DNA of 64,000 bases from Rhodospirillales bacterium (GCA_018971565.1 JAGXAO010000002.1:6499-70498), one strand, 5' to 3'; positions 1-12,400 are shown, numbered from the stretch's first letter. Program-made: numbers and translations. Notes: generated by a model not told the origin, from the letters alone.

Positions 1-561
1 GCTGGGCATGAATTGCGGCTGGCCCATTGCACCCGCATAGGAGCCAAGCAGATTGGCGACAGGTGCATCGCCGCGTGCCACAATGGTCATCGCCTTAATC
101 ACCTCGTTGCCGAAGTAATGGCTCTGCCGGTCCCAGGCGAGGGTGGTGAGCGCGTCAATCACGTTAAAGTTGCCCTGGTTGGCGCCGAAATTCGTCTCCA
201 GCCCCCAGATGCCGAGCATGACATCCGCTGAGACGCCGTAGCGGCTGGTGATGGCGGCGAGCAGGTTTTGTGTTTGCTGGTATTTACCCTGGCCATTGGC
301 AATGCGCGTTTGGCTGAGCACCCGGCTGGAGTATTGGGCCCAGGTTAGGGTGAATTCCGGCTGGTGATGGTCCAGCTTCAATACGTCCTGGTTGGGTACA
401 AGGCCCGAAGTGCTGGCCTGGATGATCGATTCCGGAATGCCCGCGGCCCGCGCCCGCGCCTGCAACCTTGCCAGAAAGGACGCAAAATCCTGCGCCGCCC
501 AGCTTGCCTTCGGTAAAGCCAGGGCGCCGCCCAGGCCTGCTAACATGATGCGTCTTAACAT
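1..561 (-). CDS. Lytic murein transglycosylase (MltB/SLT_2 family), runs off the window edge
   Basis: Not in the ORF track. Manual translation from ATG at 561: MLRRIMLAGLGGALALP...IWGLETNFG...GSYAGAMGQPQFMPS, containing the catalytic ET(N)FG and GSxAGAMGxxQFMPS motifs of MltB-type enzymes. Confidence 0.92.
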   Translation of the reverse strand, partial: MLRRIMLAGLGGALALPKASWAAQDFASFLARLQARARAAGIPESIIQASTSGLVPNQDVLKLDHHQPEFTLTWAQYSSRVLSQTRIANGQGKYQQTQNLLAAITSRYGVSADVMLGIWGLETNFGANQGNFNVIDALTTLAWDRQSHYFGNEVIKAMTIVARGDAPVANLLGSYAGAMGQPQFMPS

Positions 562-646
562 GCGGGCAGTGTGACACGCCAAAGCCTGCCATCGCAATCC
601 GGCAAGCGCCATGGCGCGGCGAATAAAGCTCGGCTATGTTGCGAGC

Positions 647-1099
647 ATGGGATTCTGGCGCACAAAAACATTGGCGCAGATGAGCCGTGCGGAGTGGGAA
701 TCGCTCTGCGACGGGTGTGGACGCTGCTGCTTGCACAAACTGCGGGACGACGATACCGGCGAGATCGAATTCACCAATGTTGCTTGCAGGTTGCTGGATA
801 TCTCGACCGCGCGCTGCCAGAATTACGCAAACCGCAAAAGCCTTGTGCCGGATTGCGTAAAATTAACGCCCAAGCGGCTGGAAAAAATTGATTGGCTGCC
901 GCCAAGCTGCGCCTACAGGCTGGTGCATGAGGGCAAGGAGCTGCCGCCCTGGCACCCGCTGCGCAGTGGCAACACAGAGAGCGTGGCGCAGGCTGGAGCC
1001 TCGGTGGCGGGGCGCTGCATAGATGAGCGCCATGCGGGCCCGCTGGAGCACCATGTTACAGATTGGCCCGGCAAAATGCCCGGGCGGCGGCAGCGATGA
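647..1099 (+). CDS. YcgN family (UPF0260) cysteine-cluster protein
   Basis: [26 protein letters not shown] and WLPPSCAYR motifs. Start placed at ATG 647 (MGFWRTKTL), 6 nt after a TATGTT -10-like hexamer. Confidence 0.9.
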   Translation: MGFWRTKTLAQMSRAEWESLCDGCGRCCLHKLRDDDTGEIEFTNVACRLLDISTARCQNYANRKSLVPDCVKLTPKRLEKIDWLPPSCAYRLVHEGKELPPWHPLRSGNTESVAQAGASVAGRCIDERHAGPLEHHVTDWPGKMPGRRQR

Positions 1100-1800
1100 C
1101 CGCAGAGCTGCTGACCTCCGAAATGGTACCGGTGAAGGGCGCACTTATTACCGTCGCTTTCAGGCGTTCGGCGCGGGCACGGCGCGTTTCTCTGCGGGTG
1201 GACCCCGCCCAGGGGGTGGTGATTACCTTGCCCATTCGCGCCTCCCGCCGGGCGGGGTTGGCGCTTTTACGGGCGCATGAGGAATGGGTGAGCGAGCGGC
1301 TGGAGGCCCTGCCCCAGGCTTTGGTGCTGAAACCCGGTGCAATTGTGCCGGTGCATGGGTTGCCGCATGAGATTGTGCATGTTCCCACCGGGCGCGGCGG
1401 CGCCTGGGTGGAGGATGGAAAAATTTTTGTAACCGGCGAGCCTGAATTTCTTGCGCGCCGTGTGGCCGATTGCCTGAAACGCCTCGCCCGCCAGCGCCTG
1501 GCCGCCATGGCCGCGCTTACCGCCCAGCGTGCGGCGCTGCGGCCCAAAACGGTGCGGATAAAGGATACGCGATCTCGCTGGGGCAGCTGTGCGCCAGATG
1601 GGACATTGGCCTTCTGCTGGCGGCTGATCTGTGCGCCTGCTTTTGTGCAGGACTATGTGGTTGCGCATGAGGTGGCGCACCTTAAGCACATGAACCACGG
1701 CAAGCTGTTCTGGCAGCTTACCGATGAGCTGACACCGCACAGGCCAGCGGCCACCGCATGGCTGGCCAGCGACGGTGTAAGCCTGTTGCGTATCGGATGA
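1096..1800 (+). CDS. M48/YgjP-like (DUF45) zinc metallohydrolase
   Basis: [17 protein letters not shown] (HExxH) and MNHG..FW motifs. ATGA overlap with the upstream stop. Confidence 0.88.
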   Translation: MTAELLTSEMVPVKGALITVAFRRSARARRVSLRVDPAQGVVITLPIRASRRAGLALLRAHEEWVSERLEALPQALVLKPGAIVPVHGLPHEIVHVPTGRGGAWVEDGKIFVTGEPEFLARRVADCLKRLARQRLAAMAALTAQRAALRPKTVRIKDTRSRWGSCAPDGTLAFCWRLICAPAFVQDYVVAHEVAHLKHMNHGKLFWQLTDELTPHRPAATAWLASDGVSLLRIG

Positions 1801-1854
1801 ATCAGGCCAAGAATATCATGGAGATAGCCGGCCAACCTAAGTGAGAATTACGCC

Positions 1855-2865
1855 ATGAAAGCCGTTGCCTTTACCCATTCCCGCCCCGTTACCGCAATTG
1901 ATGCGCTTGAGGATATTGAGCTTCCCGTGCCTGTGCCCCGGCACCACGACCTGCTGGTTGAAATTAAGGCGGTTTCGGTTAATCCGGTGGACACGAAAAT
2001 TCGACAGGCCGCCGAACCGTTGGGTGAGCCGCGCGTGCTGGGCTTTGATGCCGCGGGAATTGTGCGGGCCATTGGCCCTGAGGTGCAGAATTTCTCGGTG
2101 GGGGATGAAGTGTTCTATGCGGGCGTACCGGACCGGCCGGGCACCAATGCTGAATTTCATCTGGTTGATGACCGGATTGCAGGACATAAGCCAAAATCGC
2201 TGAGCTTTGCCGAAGCCGCGGCGCTGCCGTTAACGGCGCTCACCGCCTGGGAAATGCTGTTTGAACGTTTCCGCATACCACGCGACCAGCCCCATGGCGG
2301 CACGCTGCTTATCGTGGGAGGGGCCGGTGGAGTGGGTTCAATGGCCATCCAGCTCGCGGCGCAACTAACCGACATGACCGTGATCGCCACCGCGTCCCGC
2401 CCGGAGACAGCGGAATGGTGCCGCTCGCTCGGCGCGCATCATGTGGTCAATCATCAACACGATCTTGGCGCTCAGATTCTGCAAGCGGGGCTTACACCAC
2501 CCGGCTATATTTTCTGCGTTGCGCATGTGAAGCAGCATTTTCGCAAGCTTGTGGAATTGTTGGCGCCGGAAGGGGCAATTGGCATCATCGAATCCAACGC
2601 CGGGGAACTGAATGTATCGCCGCTGATTCGTAAAAGTGCCACGCTGCACACCGAATATGTGTTCACACGCGGCGTTCTGCACACACAGAGCATGGGCGTG
2701 CAGCACCGCACGTTGGAGGCGATTGCCCATATGATTGATAACGGCACGCTGAAAACCACGATGACGGAGAATCTTGGGCCTATCAATGCGCCTAATCTTA
2801 TTCGTGCCCATGCGGCGATGGAGGCTGGCAGCACCATGGGCAAGCTTGTGCTGGAAGGGTTTTAA
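1855..2865 (+). CDS. Zinc-binding alcohol dehydrogenase-like / quinone oxidoreductase (MDR family)
   Basis: AVSVNPVDTK, GFDAAG, AAALPLTALTAWE and GGAGGVGS NAD(P)-binding motifs. Confidence 0.9.
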   Translation: MKAVAFTHSRPVTAIDALEDIELPVPVPRHHDLLVEIKAVSVNPVDTKIRQAAEPLGEPRVLGFDAAGIVRAIGPEVQNFSVGDEVFYAGVPDRPGTNAEFHLVDDRIAGHKPKSLSFAEAAALPLTALTAWEMLFERFRIPRDQPHGGTLLIVGGAGGVGSMAIQLAAQLTDMTVIATASRPETAEWCRSLGAHHVVNHQHDLGAQILQAGLTPPGYIFCVAHVKQHFRKLVELLAPEGAIGIIESNAGELNVSPLIRKSATLHTEYVFTRGVLHTQSMGVQHRTLEAIAHMIDNGTLKTTMTENLGPINAPNLIRAHAAMEAGSTMGKLVLEGF

Positions 2866-3770
2866 GCGCCCAGCCCGGGTGGCGGGTTTTGGCTTAACAA
2901 AGCCGCAAGCTCTCTGAACCGCGCCTCGCGCGGGTCTGAGGCACGCCATTTTAAAGTAAGCCAGCGCCCGGCTTCATCTTCCAGGGGGCGGGTTGCAATC
3001 CTCGCCCGTAAATCCGGCCGGGCGGCCAGCGCCAATGCCGGAAGCAGGGAAATTCCCTCGCCCGCCGCCACCATATGCCAGAGCGTTTCCAGGCTGGTTG
3101 AATGGCGCATCGCCCCTGGTTCGGCATCACAAAGTGCCAATGCCTGGTCACGCAGGCAATGGCCTTCCTCAAGCAGCAATAATTCGCCCGGCGGCAAATG
3201 TTGCAGGCTAACACATGTGGAGTTTGCAAGACTGTGCCGTGGAGGCACGGCCAGCACAAACGACTCGAAGAACAAAGGCTGCGCGCTGAGGCCGGGCTCC
3301 CCCGGTTCAGCGGTGATAATGAGATCGAGCACACCGCGGCGCAGTTTTTCTGTAAGTGCCACGGTGCGACCCTCGCTTAAATGCGGCTCAAGCCTGGGCA
3401 TTTTTGCCTTTAACAAGCTCAGCAGAAACGGCAGATAATAGGGGCCGAGCGTTTCAATGGCGCCGATTTGCAATGCGCCAGTCAGCGCGTTGCTTTGCGC
3501 GCTTAATGCGAAGAGATCACGCGCGGCGCTCAGCACCTTGCCAATCTGGGCGACGATCTTTTCTCCACCCGGTGTTACGGCCACCTGGCGCCGCCCGCGC
3601 TCAAAAATCGTCACGCCAAGCCGGGCTTCAAATTTTTGAATCTGCTCTGAAAGGGCTGGCTGGCTGACATTGCAACGCGCCGCCGCCTTGCTAAAATGCT
3701 TGAGTTCCGCAACCGCCTCGACATATTCAAGGTCTCGCAAGGATGTTCCGGCCAGAGGTGTTTGAGCCAT
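2862..3770 (-). CDS. oxyR: Hydrogen peroxide-inducible LysR regulator OxyR
   Basis: LysR HTH; LLLLEEGHCLRDQALALC contains the redox-active Cys pair; divergent from katG. Confidence 0.9.
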   Translation of the reverse strand: MAQTPLAGTSLRDLEYVEAVAELKHFSKAAARCNVSQPALSEQIQKFEARLGVTIFERGRRQVAVTPGGEKIVAQIGKVLSAARDLFALSAQSNALTGALQIGAIETLGPYYLPFLLSLLKAKMPRLEPHLSEGRTVALTEKLRRGVLDLIITAEPGEPGLSAQPLFFESFVLAVPPRHSLANSTCVSLQHLPPGELLLLEEGHCLRDQALALCDAEPGAMRHSTSLETLWHMVAAGEGISLLPALALAARPDLRARIATRPLEDEAGRWLTLKWRASDPREARFRELAALLSQNPPPGLGA

Positions 3771-3781
3771 AAGACTATTTA

Positions 3782-3827
3782 ATAGGTTTTGCCGCTCGAA
3801 ACCATAACTAAAATCGACTATACCTAT
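3782..3827. promoter_or_regulatory. Putative OxyR operator in the oxyR-katG intergenic region
   Basis: ATAG-N7-CGCT-N7-ATAA-N7-CGAC...CTAT, a degenerate match to the ATAG-N7-CTAT-N7-ATAG-N7-CTAT OxyR box, next to the oxyR start. Confidence 0.55.
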
Positions 3828-4000
3828 TTAACCTCCTGAGCCACACTATGCGTATAAAATGTGAGGAGCAGAGCCATGGCATATGAAAATGCGAGATCTC
3901 CGGGCAGTTTGTAAGAAAATTCAAGATCATTCGCATCCCTGCCAGCCACGGACGAATTAAGGATTAGGCGGCTGACGCAATGGCCGGGATTCACCTTTGA

Positions 4001-6199
<2,199 letters not shown>

Positions 6200-6289
6200 C
6201 CGGGAGATTATCGCTGGAACCCGGACAGCGACTGGCTGTATTGCCACCATACAACCCTGGCGAGCAAACGGAATGCCGAGTAACCGAGA

Positions 6290-6322
6290 CCGATGGCGGT
6301 ACCAGCCTGGGACAGCCATCGG
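6290..6322 (+). terminator. Stem-loop downstream of katG (possible terminator or 3' stabilising hairpin)
   Basis: CCGATGGC...GCCATCGG outer stem with an inner CCAG/CTGG pair; no clear U tract. Confidence 0.4.
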
Positions 6323-6417
6323 ATTACGTAATCACTAACAAATAATTAATTTGTCCTGGCTGGCGTTACCTTCAGTTTGTATACATCTTCCAGTTGAGCG
6401 TGATTCGGTAAATTAGC

Positions 6418-7449
6418 ATGGATATGTCTTTTGATGGCGTTTTTGGGCTGGGAGAGGTTCAGCGTCTTAAGGACCTGCGCGAACTCGACCTGCTTTATAC
6501 GCCCGCCGAGGAACGATTTGATCGTATAACCAGGCTTGCGGCCAGAGTTTTGCAGTCTCCCATGGCGATGATTACCCTTGTTACTGAAGAAGCTGAATGG
6601 ATTAAATCCAGCTTCGGATGGGCTGAGAGTTCGGTGCCACGGCAGCATTCTTTCTGCAACCAGGCAATAAGGGAGCATCATGCGCTGGTTGTGGCGGACG
6701 CAACCGAAGATGAACGTTTTGCGACTAATCCACTGGTGACAGGCCGGCTCGGCATTCGTTTTTATGCGGGCCAGCTGTTGCACGCCGGGGCGGGCTCTGA
6801 GGTGGGTGCGCTGTGCGTGATGGATACGCTGCCACGGCAACTTGGCCATGGTGAGCTGGAAACATTACAGGATCTGGCGGTGATTGTGGAGCGTGAGCTG
6901 AGCCGCCGGAACCAAAGCTCCTTCCAGAACACGTTAATCCGTAATCATGATACGCAGGCGCGGCGCGGTTCAATTGATGAATTGACCCGCACCTGGAACC
7001 GTTCCGCGGTAATGGAGCTGGCACATCTTGAATGCGCTGCCGCCAGCATGGGCACACCGCTCAGCCTGTTGCTGATCGATATCGATAATCTTGGCATGGT
7101 GAACGAGAATTTTGGCGCGTTAATGGGCGACGTAGTGCTGCATGAGGTGTCGTCGTGGATCCGGCGTAACGTTCGCGAAAGCGACACTTGCGGCCGCTAT
7201 GGCAATGGCACGTTCCTGGTAATGGTGCGCGCGGGCATTTTAGATGCGAGGCTGATTGCCGAACGGGTGCGCGATTCGGTGGAACGGCAGGCGGTTCCGG
7301 GAATGCCGATGCAAGTGACGGTGAGTATTGGCGTTGCCTGTGCGAGAACACGGTTTCCCTCGCCGGTTGCACTTATTGCCGCCGCTGACAAATCTATGCG
7401 CCAGGCCAAGGAGGCTGGGGGCAATAATGTTGAAACCGTGCTGCTGTAA
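6418..7449 (+). CDS. GAF-GGDEF protein with degenerate active site
   Basis: GAF (FDRITRLAA...SFC...D.RFATNPLVTG...IRFYAG) followed by a GGDEF fold (DELTRTWNR, LIDID, VTVSIGVA, AD..MRQAKEAG). The signature reads GNGTF. Confidence 0.85.
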   Translation: MDMSFDGVFGLGEVQRLKDLRELDLLYTPAEERFDRITRLAARVLQSPMAMITLVTEEAEWIKSSFGWAESSVPRQHSFCNQAIREHHALVVADATEDERFATNPLVTGRLGIRFYAGQLLHAGAGSEVGALCVMDTLPRQLGHGELETLQDLAVIVERELSRRNQSSFQNTLIRNHDTQARRGSIDELTRTWNRSAVMELAHLECAAASMGTPLSLLLIDIDNLGMVNENFGALMGDVVLHEVSSWIRRNVRESDTCGRYGNGTFLVMVRAGILDARLIAERVRDSVERQAVPGMPMQVTVSIGVACARTRFPSPVALIAAADKSMRQAKEAGGNNVETVLL

Positions 7450-7459
7450 GCCCCCGGCT

Positions 7460-7990
7460 TCAGAGGGTTTTTTTCAGCCTGTCCCTGAAATTTTTGCGTA
7501 GTTTGCTTATTTTGGGCACGATGACGGCCTGGCAATAGCCTGACCATGGGTTGCGCACGAAGTAATCCTCGTGTTCAGCCTCCGCTGGCCAGAAGACCCT
7601 GAGCGGCGCGATCTCGGTAACGATTTTGCCCCAGACCGGCGTGAATTCCGCGATGGCCTCTTCCGCCGCCGCTTTTTGTTCCGGTGTTTCATAGAAAATC
7701 GCGGAGCGGTATTGCGTGCCGATGTCGTTGCCCTGGCGGTTCAATGTTGTCGGGTCGTGGATGGTGAAGAACACCCGCAGCAAATCCTCATAGGAAATCA
7801 CCGCGGGGTCGTAATCCACCTTCACCACCTCGGTATGGCCGGTGGTGCCCGTGCACACCTGCTTGTAGGTCGGGTGTTCCACATACCCGCCAGCATAGCC
7901 GGACTGTACGCGCGCAACACCCTCCAGCTCATCATAAGCTGCTTCCAGGCACCAGAAGCAACCACCGGCAAGAATTGCAGACTCGGTCAT
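7460..7990 (-). CDS. msrA: Peptide-methionine (S)-S-oxide reductase
   Basis: [27 protein letters not shown] and AE.EH..Y motifs. Confidence 0.96.
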   Translation of the reverse strand: MTESAILAGGCFWCLEAAYDELEGVARVQSGYAGGYVEHPTYKQVCTGTTGHTEVVKVDYDPAVISYEDLLRVFFTIHDPTTLNRQGNDIGTQYRSAIFYETPEQKAAAEEAIAEFTPVWGKIVTEIAPLRVFWPAEAEHEDYFVRNPWSGYCQAVIVPKISKLRKNFRDRLKKTL

Positions 7991-8397
7991 TTCACCCCTC
8001 CCATTTCACAGATCATCGCCCAATGCTCAGGGCTTACCGGGCCCACCGAAAGGCGGGAATATTTAAGCAAGGCAAGTTCCGTGAATCTTGGGTCGGCTTT
8101 AATCGCGGCAAGGGTGATTGGAGATTTCACCGGCCTCAACGCCTTCATGTCCACGCAAACCCAGTCCCCGGCCTCGGCCGTCGGGTCTGAGTAGGCCTCC
8201 CGCACCACCTCCACAATGCCAACAATCTCCTTGCCAACATTGGAGTGGTAGAAGAAAGCGCGGTCGCCTTTCCGCATTTCCTTTAGATGCCGCTTGGCGA
8301 GATGGTTACGCACGCCGGTCCATGGTTCAATGCCGTTCTTTACCTGGTTATCCCAGGAAAACGCGTCGGGTTCGGACTTAACCAGCCAATACTTCAT
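7987..8397 (-). CDS. EVE domain protein
   Basis: MKYWLVKSEP, WTGVRN, FFYHS and RLSVGPV signatures. ATGA overlap with msrA. Confidence 0.93.
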   Translation of the reverse strand: MKYWLVKSEPDAFSWDNQVKNGIEPWTGVRNHLAKRHLKEMRKGDRAFFYHSNVGKEIVGIVEVVREAYSDPTAEAGDWVCVDMKALRPVKSPITLAAIKADPRFTELALLKYSRLSVGPVSPEHWAMICEMGGVK

Positions 8398-8463
8398 GGG
8401 GAATAGTGTAACCAATTTTCACAACGCTTCAAATTTGGCGGCCAGTGGCATAAGAACCTGCGC

Positions 8464-9240
8464 ATGACGCAAAGCGCCTTGTCCCGAACCAACCCCGCAA
8501 GCCATGGCGGTTGGTTTCACTATCTTGCCAATCCCGGGCGGTTTCAACGTGTTGCGCGCCCTGCTTTGCCGTGGCTCGTGGTGCTTTCGTTAATATTCAC
8601 CGTCACCGGCATTATATGGGGCTATTGGTTCGCCCCGGCGGACTGGCAGCAGGGCGATGCCGCGCGCATCATGTATGTGCATGTACCGGCCGCCTGGGTG
8701 GCGATGGCGGGTTATGCGGCGCTGGCGTTTTGCTCCCTGCTCTCGCTGGTCTGGCGGCATCCGCTGGCGGATATCGCGGCGGAGGAAATTGGCCCGGTGG
8801 GGGCGGGCTTTACCGCCGTGTGTCTGGTCTCCGGCTCGCTCTGGGGCAAGCCGATGTGGGGCGCCTATTGGGTATGGGATGCACGGCTGACCTCCGTGCT
8901 GATTCTGTTCTTTCTCTATCTGGGCCATATCGCGCTTATTCGCGCGTTCGATAATAAGGCCCATGCGTATCGCGCCGCCGCCATTCTGGCGCTGGCAGGG
9001 GCGGTGAATTTGCCGATTATCGTGTTTTCCGTGCAGTGGTGGAACACGCTGCACCAGGGCAACACCATCTCGCTCACCGGGCCTTCAAAAATTTATATCA
9101 CCATGCTCTATCCGCTGCTTATCGCATCGGTGGGGTTCTATCTGACTTTTGTCACGTTGGTGGTGGCGAGGATGTGCGCGGCGATTTCAGAACGCAAAAC
9201 CATATCTCTGCTGCGCGCCATGGCGGAGCACGGCCAATAA
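8464..9240 (+). CDS. ccmC: Heme exporter protein C
   Basis: IMYVHVPAAW and WGKPMWGAYWVWDARLTS (WWD) motifs; WWNTLHQ. Confidence 0.96.
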   Translation: MTQSALSRTNPASHGGWFHYLANPGRFQRVARPALPWLVVLSLIFTVTGIIWGYWFAPADWQQGDAARIMYVHVPAAWVAMAGYAALAFCSLLSLVWRHPLADIAAEEIGPVGAGFTAVCLVSGSLWGKPMWGAYWVWDARLTSVLILFFLYLGHIALIRAFDNKAHAYRAAAILALAGAVNLPIIVFSVQWWNTLHQGNTISLTGPSKIYITMLYPLLIASVGFYLTFVTLVVARMCAAISERKTISLLRAMAEHGQ

Positions 9241-9380
9241 TGATACAGACCATAAACGTGTGGCCGTTCGTGAACGGCGCCTATGGCGCGACGGTTCTGT
9301 TTCTGCTGGGTGCAGCATGGTTAACCTTCATGCGCTACCGCCGTGCCAGGGCACGTTTGGCCCAGGCCGAGCAACTTTAA
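9240..9380 (+). CDS. ccmD: Heme exporter protein D (46 aa)
   Basis: TAATG overlap with ccmC; single hydrophobic helix with AYG followed by a basic tail; lies between ccmC and ccmE. Confidence 0.8.
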   Translation: MIQTINVWPFVNGAYGATVLFLLGAAWLTFMRYRRARARLAQAEQL

Positions 9381-9381
9381 A

Positions 9382-9885
9382 ATGCGGACACCGAAGAAGA
9401 AGCGGCTTTATTTGGTGCTGGCTTGTCTTGTCTGCCTGGGTGGGGCGGTGGCCCTCTCTCTCGCGGCGTTTTCATCCTCCCTCACCTATTTTCTCTCACC
9501 ACGGCAGGTCGCGGCCCACGCGCCGCCGGCGGGGCAGAGCTTCCGGCTGGGCGGCATTGTGCAAATGGGAACTGTTTCCACCAGCGTTAGCAACGACACA
9601 CCCACAACACGCTTCGCGGTGACGGACGGACGTGCGGCGGTAAACGTGGTGTTCACCGGCCTGCTGCCGGATTTGTTCCGTGAGGGCCAGGGCATTGTGG
9701 CCATCGGCTCCATGGGGCCGGGTGGGGTGTTTACGGCCGATGAGGTGCTGGCCAAGCATGGGGCGGATTACATGCCCAAAGATGTGGAGCAGGAACTGAA
9801 GGCAAGCGGTAAATGGGACCCGCGCTTTGGCCCGCCGCCCGATGCCAGCGCCTGGAACGACATGAAGGTGAAAGACGGCACATGA
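9382..9885 (+). CDS. ccmE: Heme chaperone CcmE
   Basis: RLGGIV, LPDLFREGQG and LAKHGADYMP (HxxxY heme-binding motif). Confidence 0.95.
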   Translation: MRTPKKKRLYLVLACLVCLGGAVALSLAAFSSSLTYFLSPRQVAAHAPPAGQSFRLGGIVQMGTVSTSVSNDTPTTRFAVTDGRAAVNVVFTGLLPDLFREGQGIVAIGSMGPGGVFTADEVLAKHGADYMPKDVEQELKASGKWDPRFGPPPDASAWNDMKVKDGT

Positions 9886-11843
9886 TCCCTGAACTCGGGC
9901 ATTTCTGCCTTGCGATGGCCGTTGCCATTGCCTGCGCGCAAGGGGTTGTTGGCATTGCCGGGCCCACGCTGAAGGACCCTCGCGCCCTGGCGGCGGCCCC
10001 AGTGCTTACGCTGCTGCATTTTACCGCCATACTGCTGGCGTTCCTTGCACTGGTCTGGGCGGGTGTGGTTTCGGATTTCACGGTTGAGAACATCGCGGAT
10101 TTCTCCTCTTCCAGCACGCCCCTGCTCTACCGGATCACCGGTATCTGGGGAAACCATGACGGCTCGATCCTGCTCTGGTGCCTGATCCTCTCGCTTTGCG
10201 GGACCGCGGTGGCTTTGGGCGGGCGGCAGCTCCCCGCCAGTTTGCGCGCACGGGTGCTGGGCGTGCTGGGGTTGGTTTCCTGCGGGTTTCTGCTGTTTAC
10301 CCTCTCGGTTTCCAACCCTTTTACCCGCATCTGGCCGCCGCCGCTGGATGGCGCCGGCATGAACCCGATTTTGCAGGACCCCGGCCTCGCCTTCCATCCG
10401 CCGGTTCTCTACACCGGCTATGTCGGGTTTTCCGTCGCCTTCGCCTTCGCCATCGCGGCGTTAATCGAAGGTCGGATCGACGCCGCCTGGGGGCGCTGGG
10501 TGCGGCCCTGGGCGCTGCTCTCCTGGTGCTTCCTCACCGCCGGCATCACGCTGGGCAGTTGGTGGTCTTATTACACACTCGGCTGGGGCGGATACTGGTT
10601 CTGGGACCCGGTGGAGAACGCCGCCCTGCTGCCCTGGCTCACCGGCACTGCCCTGCTGCATTGCTCCATTGTGGTGGAAAAACGCGAAAGCCTGAAAGCC
10701 TGGACGGTGCTGCTGGCCATCGCCACCTTCTCGCTCTCGCTCTCCGGCACGTTCCTGGTGCGTTCAGGCATTTTAAACTCCGTGCACAGCTTCGCCGCGG
10801 CACCAGACCAGGGGCTGTTCATCCTGGTGCTGCTGGCTATCACCATCGGCGGCTCGCTGCTGCTGTTTGCACTCAGGGCGCCCGTGTTGGCGGGTTCTGG
10901 TATATACGCACCCATAAGCCGGGAAAGCGCACTGATATTAAACAATATTTTTCTATGCGCCATTGCTGCGGTGGTGTTTGCCGGAACACTTTACCCGCCT
11001 TTCGTGGACCTTTTGTTCGGAATTCAGCTTTCCGTCGGCGCGCCGTTTTTTAACCAGACGGTTCTGCCGCTGGCGGGGCCGATTATTCTGGCAATGGGGG
11101 TGGGGCCGATGCTGCGCTGGAAACGGGCGGATTTGCTGCCGGTGCTGCAACGGTTGTGGCTGGCCGGGGCGGTGGCCGTGCTGGTGTTTATCATCCTCAC
11201 CGCCACGAAGCACATCATCGCCGCACTGGGGCTGGCGGGCGGGGCCTGGGTGGTGTGCTCGGCGCTTACCGACCTTGCCGAGCGTACCCGCCTGTTCCGC
11301 GCGCCCTTGGGCACCGCGCTGGGGCGGTTTTTCGCATTGCCGCGCGCGGCGATCGGCGCCACGCTCGGGCATATCGGGTTCGGCGTTTCGGTTATCGGCA
11401 TCGCGGCGATGACGCTGGCGGTGCAGAAAGTGGTGGTGCTGAAACCTGGTCAGTCCACGATGCTGGGCGGCTATGCCTGGACGTTGCGGGACATTCACGA
11501 CGCGCCGGGCCCGGATTACACCCAGCGCGTGGCGGATGTGACGGTAAGCGATGACGGCAAAGCTTTTATGACGCTACACCCCAGCCGCCGGTTCTTTACC
11601 GCGCAGCACGTTATTACCAGCGACGCGGCCATCCGCACCAATGGCTTCCAGGATATTTACGTCGATTTTGCCGATGAGCAGGATGGTGGCGCGGAATTGC
11701 GGTTGAACCGCCACCCTGGCGCGCCGGAAATCTGGTTTGGCGGATTAATTATGGCGCTTGGTGGAGTGTTTTCGCTCTCAGACCGCCGGTTGCGCGTGGG
11801 CGCGCCTTTCCGCAAGCGCCTGCCGGGCGGGGCGGAGGCGTAA
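9882..11843 (+). CDS. ccmF: Cytochrome c heme lyase CcmF
   Basis: MIPELGH start; HPPVLY, WSYYTLGWGGYWFWDPVEN and SVHSFA motifs. Confidence 0.96.
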   Translation: MIPELGHFCLAMAVAIACAQGVVGIAGPTLKDPRALAAAPVLTLLHFTAILLAFLALVWAGVVSDFTVENIADFSSSSTPLLYRITGIWGNHDGSILLWCLILSLCGTAVALGGRQLPASLRARVLGVLGLVSCGFLLFTLSVSNPFTRIWPPPLDGAGMNPILQDPGLAFHPPVLYTGYVGFSVAFAFAIAALIEGRIDAAWGRWVRPWALLSWCFLTAGITLGSWWSYYTLGWGGYWFWDPVENAALLPWLTGTALLHCSIVVEKRESLKAWTVLLAIATFSLSLSGTFLVRSGILNSVHSFAAAPDQGLFILVLLAITIGGSLLLFALRAPVLAGSGIYAPISRESALILNNIFLCAIAAVVFAGTLYPPFVDLLFGIQLSVGAPFFNQTVLPLAGPIILAMGVGPMLRWKRADLLPVLQRLWLAGAVAVLVFIILTATKHIIAALGLAGGAWVVCSALTDLAERTRLFRAPLGTALGRFFALPRAAIGATLGHIGFGVSVIGIAAMTLAVQKVVVLKPGQSTMLGGYAWTLRDIHDAPGPDYTQRVADVTVSDDGKAFMTLHPSRRFFTAQHVITSDAAIRTNGFQDIYVDFADEQDGGAELRLNRHPGAPEIWFGGLIMALGGVFSLSDRRLRVGAPFRKRLPGGAEA

Positions 11844-12400
11844 TGTCTCCCTTGCGGCGGCGATTACTATTCGGGGTGCCGCTGGCCGTGGCCGTAGCGG
11901 GCGGCGGCGGGTTTTATACCATCCTGCGCCGTATGCAGACGGATGACTACGACCCGCATGCTTTACCATCGCCGCTTATCGGCAACCGCCCGCCCGCTTT
12001 TACCTTGCCTGGGGTGGGTGGCGCGCCGGGTTTTGCCAGCGCCGATCTTCTCGCCCCGCCGAAACCGATGCTGGTGAACTGGTTCGCCTCCTGGTGCGCG
12101 CCCTGCCAGGAGGAAGCGCCGATGCTGCAGAGCCTGGCGGGCCAGGGCATCACCATTTGGGGCATCGCCTATGAGGACCAGCCGGCTAATCTCGCCGCTT
12201 ATCTGCAAAAATACGGAAACCCCTATGCGCGAATCGCCACCGACCAGTCGGGGCTCACCGCGATCAACTGGGGTGTGTATGGCGTGCCGGAGACCTACTT
12301 CATCGATAAATCCGGCATCGTGCGGCTGCGTTATGCCGGGGCGTTGACTGATGAGGTGGTGAAAACCCGGCTTATGCCGTTGTTCAGGCAATATTCATGA
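11843..12400 (+). CDS. ccmG: Thiol:disulfide interchange protein DsbE/CcmG
   Basis: WFASWCAPC (CxxC), GVYGVPETY and an N-terminal anchor. Confidence 0.94.
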   Translation: MSPLRRRLLFGVPLAVAVAGGGGFYTILRRMQTDDYDPHALPSPLIGNRPPAFTLPGVGGAPGFASADLLAPPKPMLVNWFASWCAPCQEEAPMLQSLAGQGITIWGIAYEDQPANLAAYLQKYGNPYARIATDQSGLTAINWGVYGVPETYFIDKSGIVRLRYAGALTDEVVKTRLMPLFRQYS

